A stretch of 59,134 nt of DNA from an uncultured Verrucomicrobiota bacterium (GTDB lineage Bacteria; Verrucomicrobiota; Verrucomicrobiia; Limisphaerales; CAIMTB01), in contig CAIMTB010000475.1 in assembly GCA_903844265.1 (NCBI GenBank), positions 1 through 59,134 of the forward strand. The letters are read 5' to 3'. Each line of letters opens with the position of its first letter. The first letter of the stretch is position 1. Both the position numbers and the translations under genes were made by a program. Shown piece after piece: positions 18,628 through 27,307 of the stretch. Under the pieces are notes generated by a model. The model worked only from the letters and a program-made list of their open reading frames with translations, did not search any database and was not told where the DNA came from.

Positions 18628-20053
18628 TGCCCCCAGAAGCTCGGGTTCCGCAGGCCCGCGACTCGACGGCCCCGTGCCGGACGTGACCCTGCCGCTCCGT
18701 TTCGTGCTCTTCGGAATCTTCTCGCTGGTCTCCGGCATCGTGATGCTCGTGGCCCGACCCGACCTGCTCGCGGCCTACCACTACAACCAGCATATCGTGG
18801 CCATCACCCACGTGTTCGTCCTCGGCTTCCTCCTCTCGATCGTCAGCGGCGCCATGTACCAACTCGTGCCCATCGTGCTCGAGACCCCGCTCCACAGCGA
18901 ACGACTCGCACGCTGGCACTTCGTGGTCCACGTGGTGAGCGTCACCGGCATGGTCGCCATGTTCTGGGTGTGGAACATGAAACAGCTGGGCCACTTCGGA
19001 TCCGGACTCGCCCTCGGCGCCGCTCTCTTCTCCTGGAACATCATCCGGACTCTCCTCCGCGTCCGCGGCTGGACCGTGGTGTCGTTCGGCATCGCCTCGG
19101 TGCTGTTCTGGCTCGGCTCCGTCGTGATCGCCGGCCTCGCCCTCGCCGCCGCCAAGAGCACTTATGAACTGAACGAGAGCTCCGGCGTGAACCCCCTGCT
19201 CGCTGCAACGCTCAACGGATTGCGTGCCGCACAATCCTTCCTCGCCCGATTCGAGCCGCTCGCCGTCATGCATTCCCACGCCCACCTCGGCGTGCTCGGC
19301 GTGTTCATCCTCGTCACCTGCACCATCGCCTATCGGCTCGTCCCGATGTTCGTCATCGGCGAAATGCAGAACCCCCGACGCGCCTGGACCTCCCTCTGGC
19401 TCATCAATGCAGGCACCGCCGCCACCTTCCTGGCCGTCCTCAACCAAAGCCCACTCAAACCCGTCGCCGGGCTGATCAGCGCCAGCGGCCTTCTCCTCTA
19501 CGGTCTCGAACTCCACGCCATCATCCGCAATCGCCGCCGCAAGACGCTCGATTGGGGGATCCGCATGTTCCTCACTTCGCAAAGCCTCCTCGGCGTCCTG
19601 GTCCTCCTGGGACTCGGCCTCTCCCGGCCCGGCATCCCACTCACCCCATTCTCCGGCCAGCTGGAAACCACCTACGGGTTCCTCGCCATCCTCGGAGTCG
19701 CCGGCCTCGCCATCCTCGGCATGCTCTACAAGATCGTCCCGTTCCTGGTCTGGTTCGCGGCGTACAGCCGCCAAATCGGACGGACCCGAACCCCGGCCCT
19801 GCACGAAATGTATTCCACCCGGCTCCAGATCCTCGGCGGCGGTTCCTGGCTCGCCGGACTCGCGGTGACCATCGCCGGCATCCTCGCCTCGCACCCCGCC
19901 TGCATCCGCGCCGGAACGCTCCTGCTCGCCGCCAGCCTCGTCACCTTCGCCTTCAACATCGCCCGCATCCTCGGCCACCTCGTCCACCCCCAGCTCCAGC
20001 CCATCGCCCCACGAGTGCCCGCCAGCGGCGGCCCCCTCCGGACCACCACATGA
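18587..20053 (+). CDS. 12-TM His-rich membrane protein, NnrS-like / heme-copper-oxidase-subunit-I-like (family unresolved)
   Basis: ATG 18587 overlaps the DUF2249 gene by 41 nt (alternative in-frame GTG at 18674). About 12 hydrophobic helices. His clusters ITHVFVLGF, WHFVVHV and MHSHAHLGVLGVF. Threefold repeated Y-x-[LI]-V-P motif. Confidence 0.65.
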   Translation: MNTASSPSSVARADAPRSSGSAGPRLDGPVPDVTLPLRFVLFGIFSLVSGIVMLVARPDLLAAYHYNQHIVAITHVFVLGFLLSIVSGAMYQLVPIVLETPLHSERLARWHFVVHVVSVTGMVAMFWVWNMKQLGHFGSGLALGAALFSWNIIRTLLRVRGWTVVSFGIASVLFWLGSVVIAGLALAAAKSTYELNESSGVNPLLAATLNGLRAAQSFLARFEPLAVMHSHAHLGVLGVFILVTCTIAYRLVPMFVIGEMQNPRRAWTSLWLINAGTAATFLAVLNQSPLKPVAGLISASGLLLYGLELHAIIRNRRRKTLDWGIRMFLTSQSLLGVLVLLGLGLSRPGIPLTPFSGQLETTYGFLAILGVAGLAILGMLYKIVPFLVWFAAYSRQIGRTRTPALHEMYSTRLQILGGGSWLAGLAVTIAGILASHPACIRAGTLLLAASLVTFAFNIARILGHLVHPQLQPIAPRVPASGGPLRTTT

Positions 20054-20388
20054 ACCCAAACCCCACCGAACCTTCTCCCACCACGCCACCTCCCTCCGAA
20101 TCCGCGCTCTGGGAGGCCCTCCGCTCCGTGATCGACCCGGAAATCGGCCTCAACCTCGTCGACCTTGGCCTCATCTACGACCTTCACATCGAAGGCGGCC
20201 AGGTCCGCGTCACCATGACGGTCACCACTCCCGGCTGCCCAATGGTCCAAAGCCTCACCTTCGGCGTCGAAACCGCCGTGCTCGCCGTCGAGGGCGTGGA
20301 CGGCGTGCTCGTGGACGTCGTCCATGAACCCCCGTGGAACCCCGACATGATCCTTCCCGAAGCCAGGGCCGCCGCCGGTATCCGCTGA
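20050..20388 (+). CDS. DUF59/MIP18 (SufT/PaaD-like) metal-sulfur cluster assembly factor
   Basis: ATG 20050 overlaps the upstream stop (ATGA). LWEALRSVIDPEIGLNLVDLGLIY...VTMTVTTPGCPMV... is the conserved T-x-x-G-C-P motif context. Confidence 0.8.
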   Translation: MNPNPTEPSPTTPPPSESALWEALRSVIDPEIGLNLVDLGLIYDLHIEGGQVRVTMTVTTPGCPMVQSLTFGVETAVLAVEGVDGVLVDVVHEPPWNPDMILPEARAAAGIR

Positions 20389-20526
20389 ATTCCGCCGCGG
20401 TACTTCAGGAGGACGGGGATGGTCCATGCCCTACGCGGGCTCGGACCAGCGCCATGCTTCGGGTTTCCCGAGAATTTCACGACCCTTCCGCGTTCGTTGA
20501 AATGTCAGGGCGAAGACCCGGCATGA

Positions 20527-20540
20527 TTGACCTCAATCAA
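20527..20540. promoter_or_regulatory. Crp/Fnr-type box TTGAC-ctca-ATCAA
   Basis: 9/10 to TTGAT-N4-ATCAA. Its centre lies 42.5 nt upstream of ATG 20576 of the first gene of the molybdoenzyme operon. Confidence 0.5.
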
Positions 20541-20575
20541 GGCGCTTCATGAGAAAATGAGCAAACCTCGCCCCC

Positions 20576-22159
20576 ATGAACTCCCCCGGTTGCCGCAGGC
20601 CAGGGCCCTTTCCTTCGCTCCGCGCGATTTCCCTGAGTCTCGCGTACCTGACGGTCGGCAATGGCCTCCTTACCGCCCGAGCCGCGGATAGCAGCCCAGA
20701 CCTCCAGCAAGGCGAAACACTCTATCTCCAACATTGTGCCGCCTGTCATGGAAACCAGGGCGATGGCAACGGACCCGCAACGGTCTGGTTGTTTCCACGG
20801 CCGCGAAACTTCAATGCGGGCCTCTTCAAGATACAGTCCACCCCGGGCGGATCCCTGCCCTCCGATGAAGATCTCTATCGAAGCATCACCCGCGGCCTTC
20901 CGGGCAGCTCGATGCCGTCGTTCACCTACCTCCCCGAGAGCGACCGCCGAGCCGTTGTCCAGTACGTCAAACACCTCACAGCCTTCACCGGCTCCGATGG
21001 CAAACGGATCAACCGCTTCCAGGAAGCCCTGAAATCAGGTCCGGCTCCCAAAACAATCGTCGTCCCTCCGGAACCTCCTTCCACCCTCGAATCCATCGTC
21101 CACGGGAAGGAACTCTATACCCTTCTCGCCTGCAATACCTGCCACGGCCAGAACGGCGCAGGCGACGGCCCGTCCGCTCCAACCCTCAAGGACGCCCTCG
21201 GAATCCCCGTCATCCCGCGCGACTTCGCCATCGGCGCCTTCCGCGGCGGCTCAGACGGCAGCGACCTCTATCTCCGCATCAACACCGGCATCGCCGGCAC
21301 ACCCATGCCGCCGTTCCCGGACGAAACGGTCAAACCCGCAGACCGCTGGGACGTCGTCCATTACATCCAATCCCTCCGCCGCAAAGACGCCGAGGTGAAT
21401 GACATCCTCGCCCCAGAAAACGCACTCATCAAGGCCGCCCACTCCCAGGAACCCCTCCCCCTCGATCCCGTCGCCAATGCATGGGAGCGCGTCGAAGCCG
21501 TCCGCGTCCCACTCAACCCGCTCTGGCCCGAACCGAACTCCTTGCCCGCGGTCGCTGTTCGCGCCCTCCACGACGGCCGCACCCTCGCCATCCTGCTGCA
21601 ATGGCGCGACGACATTGCCAACGGCGCCCCGATCCGGGTCGATGAATTCCAGGACTCCGCAGCCCTGCAATTCTCACTCACCGGCCGCACGCCGTTCCTC
21701 GGCATGGGCGACGCATCCAATCCCGTCAACGTCTGGCACTGGAAGGCCGGCTGGCAGGCCGAAGTGAACGGACAACGTGAGGATGTCTCCACGACGTATC
21801 CCTCACTCCACGTCGATCTCTATCCCGAGGCGTCCAACCTGTTCATCACGGCCGCTTCCGCTGGCAATATCATGTCCCTGGCCCATGCCACACCCGTCGA
21901 GGACGCCAACGCCCGCGGCTTCGGCACCCTCACGTCCCAGGGATCCGACCGCCAGAATGTCCAGGGCCGCGGCGTATGGCGCGATGGCTTCTGGAATGTC
22001 CTCATCTTCCGCGATCTCACCTCCACCGATCCCGACGACGCCAAGTTCATCCCAGGCACCCCCATCCCGGTCGCCTTCGCCATCTGGAACGGGGAGCAAC
22101 GTGACCGCAACGGCCGCAAGGTCATCAGCAACTGGTACCAACTGACCCTCGAAAACTAG
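20576..22159 (+). CDS. Gamma-like subunit: Sec signal + diheme cytochrome c fused to an EB_dh-type heme-b domain (type II DMSO reductase family)
   Basis: Signal-like N-terminus. Two CxxCH (HCAACHGNQGDG, ACNTCHGQNGAGDG). C-terminal half ALHDGRTLAILLQWRD...DSAALQF...LGMGD...VNVWHWKAGW...WRDGFWNVLIFRDL...VAFAIWNGEQRDRNGRKVISNWYQL resembles the EbdC/SerC/NxrC heme-b subunit family. Confidence 0.8.
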   Translation: MNSPGCRRPGPFPSLRAISLSLAYLTVGNGLLTARAADSSPDLQQGETLYLQHCAACHGNQGDGNGPATVWLFPRPRNFNAGLFKIQSTPGGSLPSDEDLYRSITRGLPGSSMPSFTYLPESDRRAVVQYVKHLTAFTGSDGKRINRFQEALKSGPAPKTIVVPPEPPSTLESIVHGKELYTLLACNTCHGQNGAGDGPSAPTLKDALGIPVIPRDFAIGAFRGGSDGSDLYLRINTGIAGTPMPPFPDETVKPADRWDVVHYIQSLRRKDAEVNDILAPENALIKAAHSQEPLPLDPVANAWERVEAVRVPLNPLWPEPNSLPAVAVRALHDGRTLAILLQWRDDIANGAPIRVDEFQDSAALQFSLTGRTPFLGMGDASNPVNVWHWKAGWQAEVNGQREDVSTTYPSLHVDLYPEASNLFITAASAGNIMSLAHATPVEDANARGFGTLTSQGSDRQNVQGRGVWRDGFWNVLIFRDLTSTDPDDAKFIPGTPIPVAFAIWNGEQRDRNGRKVISNWYQLTLEN

Positions 22160-22201
22160 TCCGGCACGGCCCCCCGCCTCATCCAACAACCATTCCCTCC
22201 C

Positions 22202-25200
22202 ATGAGCACCGAGAACCTGAGCCGGCGTAACTTCCTTCAACGCAGCGGACTCGTCGGCGCCGGCATCGCCGCCGCGCAGATGCTCCCGCTCCGCCACCTC
22301 CAAGCCCAGGAGGCCATCCTCAACCCGCTCTCCCATTACCCCAACCGCGACTGGGAGAAGGTCTACAGGAACCAGTACTCGTACGACTCCAGGTTCTCCT
22401 GGGTCTGCGCGCCGAATGATACCCATAACTGCCGTGTCACCGCCCACGTCCGCAACGGCGTGGTGGTCAGGATGGGCGAGCAGTACGACATCGGCACCTA
22501 CAAGGATCTCTACGGCAACCACGCCACATCCAACTGGGGCAATCGCCACTGCGCCAAAGGCTACACCTTCCAGCGCGTCCTCTACGGCCCTTATCGCCTC
22601 AAACATCCCATCATCCGCCGTGGCTGGAAACGATGGGCCGAGGATGGATTCCCCCAGCTCAACAAGGAACTCCGCTCGAAGTATAAGTTCGACTCCCGAG
22701 GCACCGACACCTTCGAACGTCTGTCCTGGGATTCAGCCTTCGAACTGATCGCCAAGGGACTCGCCGCCATCTCACGCCGCTATAGCGGAGAGGATGGCGC
22801 CCGCATTCTCGCCGAACAAGGCTACCCGCCGGAGATGATCCAGGAAATGGGCGGCGCCGGCACACGCACCATCAAATGCCGCGGCGGCATGGGCCTTCTC
22901 GGTGTCCTCGGCAAGTACGGAATGTACCGCCTCTGCAACTCCCTCGCCCTCCTCGACGTCCACGTCCGCGGCGTCAAACCCGCCGACTCCCGCGCCGGCC
23001 GTAACTGGTCCAACTACACATGGCACGGCGACCAGGCCCCGGGCCATCCCTGGGTCCACGGACTCCAGAACTCGGAGTGCGACTTCAACGACCTCCGTTC
23101 CTCCAAGCTCATCATCATGAACGGGAAGAACCTGGTCGAAAACAAGATCACGGATTCCCATTGGTTCATCGAATGCATGGAACGTGGGGCCAAGATCGTG
23201 GTCATCGCCCCGGAGTACGGCGCCCCCTCCACCAAGTGCGACTACTGGATCCCCGTGCGCCCCGCGACCGATGCCGCCCTCTGGCTCGGCGTCACGCGGC
23301 ACATGATCGACAACCGCTGGTACGACGCCGACTTCGTCAAGCAGTTCACCGACTTCCCCCTGCTCGTCCGGGCCGACAACCTCCGCCGCCTCCGCGCCGC
23401 GGAAGTCATCCCCGATTACAAGTCCGCCCTCCCCGCCGACGGACCCAGCCGCACCGTCCAGGGTCTCACCCCCGAACAGCACGCCAGGCTCGGTGACTTC
23501 GTCGTCTGGGACACCAAGTCCTCCTCCCTCAAACCCATCCATCGTGATCTCGTCGGCAAGAAACTCGCCGAATCCGGCATCGACCCGGACCTCGAATACT
23601 CCGGCAAGGTCAAGCTAGTCGACGGCTCCGAAGTAGAGGTCAAGACCGCCTGGGTCCAGTATCAGGTCCACCTTCAGGACTACGACCTGGACACGGTCAG
23701 CGAGATCACCGGTTCGCCCAGGAATCTCATCGAGCAGCTGGCCAAGGATCTCGCGACGATCAAGCCCGCATCCATCCACCAGGGCGAAGGCATCAATCAC
23801 TGGTTCCACGCCACCGAGGCCAACCGCGCCGCCTATCTCCCCATCATGCTCACCGGCAACATCGGCAAGCCCGGCGCCGGCTGCCATGGCTGGGCGGGCA
23901 ATTACAAGGCCGCACTCTTCCAGGGCTCGAAACTCACCGGCCCAGGCTTCAAGGGCTGGGTCGCCGAGGATCCCTTCCATCCCAACCTCGACCCCGCCAC
24001 CCACGGCCGCGACATCGAGCCCCATGCCTATACCAAGGACGAGGAACCCGCCTACTGGAACCACGGCGACATCCCCCTGATCGTCAACACGCCGAAGGAG
24101 GGCCGCAAAGTCTTCACCGGGAAGACGCATATGCCCACGCCAACCAAGGCGATGCTCTTCAGCAACGTCAACCTCATCAACAACGCCAAGTGGGCCTACG
24201 GCGTCATCAAGAACGTCAACCCCCGCGTCGAACTCATCGTCAGCATCGACATCCAGGCCACCGCCTCCGTCGAATACGCCGACTTCGCGCTGCCCGCCAA
24301 CTCCTGGGTCGAGTTCCAGGACATCGAGGTCACCGCCTCCTGCTCCAACCCCTTCCTCCAGATCTGGAAAGGCGGGATCAAACCCCTCTACGACACCAAG
24401 GATGATCTCACCATCCTGGCCGGCCTCGCCGGCGGCCTCGCCCGGGTCACCGGCGACAACCGCTTCAGGGACTACTTCAAGTTCGAGAACGAAGGCCGCC
24501 GCAAGATCTATCTCCAGCGCCTCCTGGATTCCAGCACCACCACCGCCGGCTATCAGGTCGATGACATCCTCGCCGGTAAATACGGCCCCCCCGGCGGTGC
24601 CCTGATGAATTTCAGGACTTACCCGCGAATCCCCTTCTACGAACAGATCACCGACCAGTGGCCGTTCTACACCGACACCGGCCGCCTGCATTCCTACTCC
24701 GACGATCCCACCGCCATCGCCTGCGGCGAGAACTTCATCGTCCATCGCGAAGGTCCCGAGGCCACACCCTACCAGCCGAACATCATCGTAAGCTCCAATC
24801 CATGGGTCAGACCCAATGACTATGGAATCCCCGCCGGGGCCGAGCACTGGGACGAACGCACGATCCGCAACGCCAAACTCGGCTGGCGCGAGGTCAAGGG
24901 CACGAAGAATTTCCTCTGGGAAAAGGGCTATCAGTTCTACTGCCTCACCCCGAAATCACGCCATTCCGTCCACTCGTCGTGGGCCAACGTCGACTGGCAT
25001 CTCATCTGGAACTCCAACTTCGGCGACCCCCACCGCATCGACAAGCGGCTGCCAAACGTCAGCGAACACCAGGTCCACATGAACCCCCAGGCGGCCCGCG
25101 ACATCGGCCTCAAGGACGGCGACTACGTCTATGTGGACGCCAACCCCGCCGATCGTCCCTACCTGGGCGCCACGCCAAGCGATCCCTTCTACAAGGTCAG

Positions 25201-25675
25201 CCGGCTCATGCTCCGACTCACCTACAACGCCGCCTATCCCTATCACGTCATCATGATGAAGCACGGCACCTTCATCGCCACCGAAAAGACGGTCAAGGCC
25301 CAGCAGACACGCCCCGACGGCCTGTCCCTCACCGAGAACGGATACATCGCCAACTTCCGCTTCGGATCCCAGCAGTCGATCAACCGCAACTGGCACATGC
25401 CCATGCACCAGACCGACACCCTGTTCCACAAGACCAAGGTGTTCATGGGATTCCTCTTCGGCGGCGAGGCCGACAACCACGCCGTCAACACCGTCCCCAA
25501 GGAATGCCTCGTGCGCATCACGAAGGCCGAGGACGGCGGACTCGGCGGCCGTGGCCCGTGGAAGCCCGGAACCGACGGCATGTCGCCGGATGCCGAGAAC
25601 GACGAAATGAAACGCTATCTCCAGGGCACCTTCGCCACCGGCAATGGTCAGGGCTCTCCAGCCAGCTTCGAGTAA
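22202..25675 (+). CDS. Molybdopterin oxidoreductase alpha subunit, Tat-exported, NxrA / periplasmic NarG-like (type II DMSO reductase family)
   Basis: Twin-arginine signal SRRNFLQRSGLVGAGIAAA. FS0 motif C69-APN-D73-THN-C77...C117. 1157 aa. MGD-binding-type segments (KLIIMNGKN, IVVIAPEY, LTGNIGKPGAG). Followed by beta and chaperone genes. Confidence 0.9.
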   Translation: MSTENLSRRNFLQRSGLVGAGIAAAQMLPLRHLQAQEAILNPLSHYPNRDWEKVYRNQYSYDSRFSWVCAPNDTHNCRVTAHVRNGVVVRMGEQYDIGTYKDLYGNHATSNWGNRHCAKGYTFQRVLYGPYRLKHPIIRRGWKRWAEDGFPQLNKELRSKYKFDSRGTDTFERLSWDSAFELIAKGLAAISRRYSGEDGARILAEQGYPPEMIQEMGGAGTRTIKCRGGMGLLGVLGKYGMYRLCNSLALLDVHVRGVKPADSRAGRNWSNYTWHGDQAPGHPWVHGLQNSECDFNDLRSSKLIIMNGKNLVENKITDSHWFIECMERGAKIVVIAPEYGAPSTKCDYWIPVRPATDAALWLGVTRHMIDNRWYDADFVKQFTDFPLLVRADNLRRLRAAEVIPDYKSALPADGPSRTVQGLTPEQHARLGDFVVWDTKSSSLKPIHRDLVGKKLAESGIDPDLEYSGKVKLVDGSEVEVKTAWVQYQVHLQDYDLDTVSEITGSPRNLIEQLAKDLATIKPASIHQGEGINHWFHATEANRAAYLPIMLTGNIGKPGAGCHGWAGNYKAALFQGSKLTGPGFKGWVAEDPFHPNLDPATHGRDIEPHAYTKDEEPAYWNHGDIPLIVNTPKEGRKVFTGKTHMPTPTKAMLFSNVNLINNAKWAYGVIKNVNPRVELIVSIDIQATASVEYADFALPANSWVEFQDIEVTASCSNPFLQIWKGGIKPLYDTKDDLTILAGLAGGLARVTGDNRFRDYFKFENEGRRKIYLQRLLDSSTTTAGYQVDDILAGKYGPPGGALMNFRTYPRIPFYEQITDQWPFYTDTGRLHSYSDDPTAIACGENFIVHREGPEATPYQPNIIVSSNPWVRPNDYGIPAGAEHWDERTIRNAKLGWREVKGTKNFLWEKGYQFYCLTPKSRHSVHSSWANVDWHLIWNSNFGDPHRIDKRLPNVSEHQVHMNPQAARDIGLKDGDYVYVDANPADRPYLGATPSDPFYKVSRLMLRLTYNAAYPYHVIMMKHGTFIATEKTVKAQQTRPDGLSLTENGYIANFRFGSQQSINRNWHMPMHQTDTLFHKTKVFMGFLFGGEADNHAVNTVPKECLVRITKAEDGGLGGRGPWKPGTDGMSPDAENDEMKRYLQGTFATGNGQGSPASFE

Positions 25676-25695
25676 CACCCAACATCCTTCATCCC

Positions 25696-26001
25696 ATGCC
25701 CAAGAACGAATCAGACCCCGAGGATCCGCTGGAACTCAACGGCGTCGCCCTGCTCACCAACGAGGACACCCATGGCGAGATGGTGGTCTGTTTTACCGAG
25801 GAATTCATGCGCCTGGGCTACAACGCCTCCAAGATCCTCGCGCTGTTCCGCGATCCCTTCTACATCGGCCCCAGCATGGTCACCCAGGAAAAGGGCGAAG
25901 CCTTCGTCCATGACATCATATCCGAAACATTCAAGGCCTGGAACCGGGAGTGCGACCTTACACCGCCGCAACAACCGCAGGCCGAGGACCTTGTACCCTA
26001 G
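25696..26001 (+). CDS. Hypothetical 101-aa protein inserted between alpha and beta subunit genes
   Basis: ATG 20 nt after the alpha stop. Globular-looking composition (MPKNESDPEDPLELNGVALLTNEDTHGEMVVCFTEEFMRLGYNASKILALFRDPFYIGPSMV...), unlike the Arg/Pro/Gly-rich shadow ORFs. No family recognised. Confidence 0.55.
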   Translation: MPKNESDPEDPLELNGVALLTNEDTHGEMVVCFTEEFMRLGYNASKILALFRDPFYIGPSMVTQEKGEAFVHDIISETFKAWNRECDLTPPQQPQAEDLVP

Positions 26002-26023
26002 ACCCTAGACCCTAGACCCCAGA
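25996..26023. repeat. Heptanucleotide tandem repeat (CCCTAGA)x3 + CCCCAGA
   Basis: Direct reading: ccctaga ccctaga ccctaga ccccaga. It supplies TAG at 25999, 26006 and 26013, one in each reading frame, just before the beta-subunit ATG 26033. Confidence 0.8.
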
Positions 26024-26032
26024 CGAGTTCCT

Positions 26033-27307
26033 ATGAGCAAAGTCTACAACTGGCAGCTTGGTCGTGAGATGGAGTATCCCTACGACGCGGCCTTCCCTGA
26101 CCGTCAGTTTGCCTTCGTGTTCAACCTCAACCGCTGCATCGGATGCCAGAGTTGCACGATGGCCTGCAAGTCCACGTGGACTTTCTCCAAGGGACAGGAG
26201 CACATGTGGTGGAACAACGTCGAGACGAAGCCCTACGGCGGCTATCCCCACCACTGGGACGTCAAACTGCTCTCCCTGCTCGAGCAGTCCAATCCCGGCG
26301 GCCAGACCTGGAACGGCCAACCCGCGGACGTCAAGGCACCCTACGGACAATTCAAGGGCCGCACCGTCTTCGAGGCCGCGACCACCCATATCAGCCCCGA
26401 GGGCGCCCAACGCGCGCTCGGGTATCTCCCGACCGACGAGGAATGGGCGTCCCCCAACCGCTTCGAGGACAATCCCTCCGGCTCGGAGAAGGGACATCGC
26501 GGCCAGTTGGCCTTCAGTTCCGGCGCGAACACCCCCCAGCACAAGACCTGGTTCTTCTATCTGGCACGCCTCTGCAACCACTGCAGCTATCCCGCCTGCC
26601 TCGCAGCCTGCCCCAGGAACGCCATCTACAAGCGACCCGAGGACGGCATCGTGCTCGTCGACCAGGAACGCTGCCGCGGCTACCGCAAGTGCATGGAGGC
26701 CTGCCCCTACAAGAAGACCCTCTATCGCGGCACCACACGCACGAGTGAGAAATGCATCGGCTGCTTCCCTCGGGTCGAAGGGCGCGACCCCGACGGCGGT
26801 GGGATCCCCATGCAGACCCGGTGCATGGCCGCGTGCGTAGGACACATCCGGCTCCAGGGATTGGTCCAGATGAATGCCGACGGAAGCTGGAAGGAGGACC
26901 GGCAGCACCCTCTCTACTATCTCGTCCACGTCGCCAAGGTGGCTCTCCCCCTCTACCCGCAGTTCGGCACCGAGCCCAACGGCTATTACATCCCCCCGAG
27001 ATGGGTCCCGCGCCCCTATCTCCGACAGATGTTCGGACCCGGCGTCGATGCCGCCGTCGAGAGATATTCCAATCCCGACCGCGAACTGCTCGCCGTGCTG
27101 CAGCTCTTCGGGAAGGACGCCAGGATGTGCTTCCGCTACGAAATCAAGGAAGGCCCCAAGGTCTTCGAGAATTCCATCCGCGGCCGCAAGTTCGAGCTCT
27201 TCGATGACACGGTCATCGGCTATGGGGCCGACGGCACCAAGATCATCGAGACCAAGGTCGAGGAACCCCTCCACGTCCGCCCCAGCCAACATGCCAACTC
27301 CATCTGA
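26033..27307 (+). CDS. Fe-S beta subunit, NxrB/NarH-like (type II DMSO reductase family)
   Basis: VYNWQLGREMEYPYD...FAFVFNLNRCIGCQSCTMACK, WWNNVETKPYGGYP, CNHCSYPACLAACP, CRGYRKCMEACPY, EKCIGCFPRVE: four ferredoxin-type Cys groups. Confidence 0.9.
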   Translation: MSKVYNWQLGREMEYPYDAAFPDRQFAFVFNLNRCIGCQSCTMACKSTWTFSKGQEHMWWNNVETKPYGGYPHHWDVKLLSLLEQSNPGGQTWNGQPADVKAPYGQFKGRTVFEAATTHISPEGAQRALGYLPTDEEWASPNRFEDNPSGSEKGHRGQLAFSSGANTPQHKTWFFYLARLCNHCSYPACLAACPRNAIYKRPEDGIVLVDQERCRGYRKCMEACPYKKTLYRGTTRTSEKCIGCFPRVEGRDPDGGGIPMQTRCMAACVGHIRLQGLVQMNADGSWKEDRQHPLYYLVHVAKVALPLYPQFGTEPNGYYIPPRWVPRPYLRQMFGPGVDAAVERYSNPDRELLAVLQLFGKDARMCFRYEIKEGPKVFENSIRGRKFELFDDTVIGYGADGTKIIETKVEEPLHVRPSQHANSI

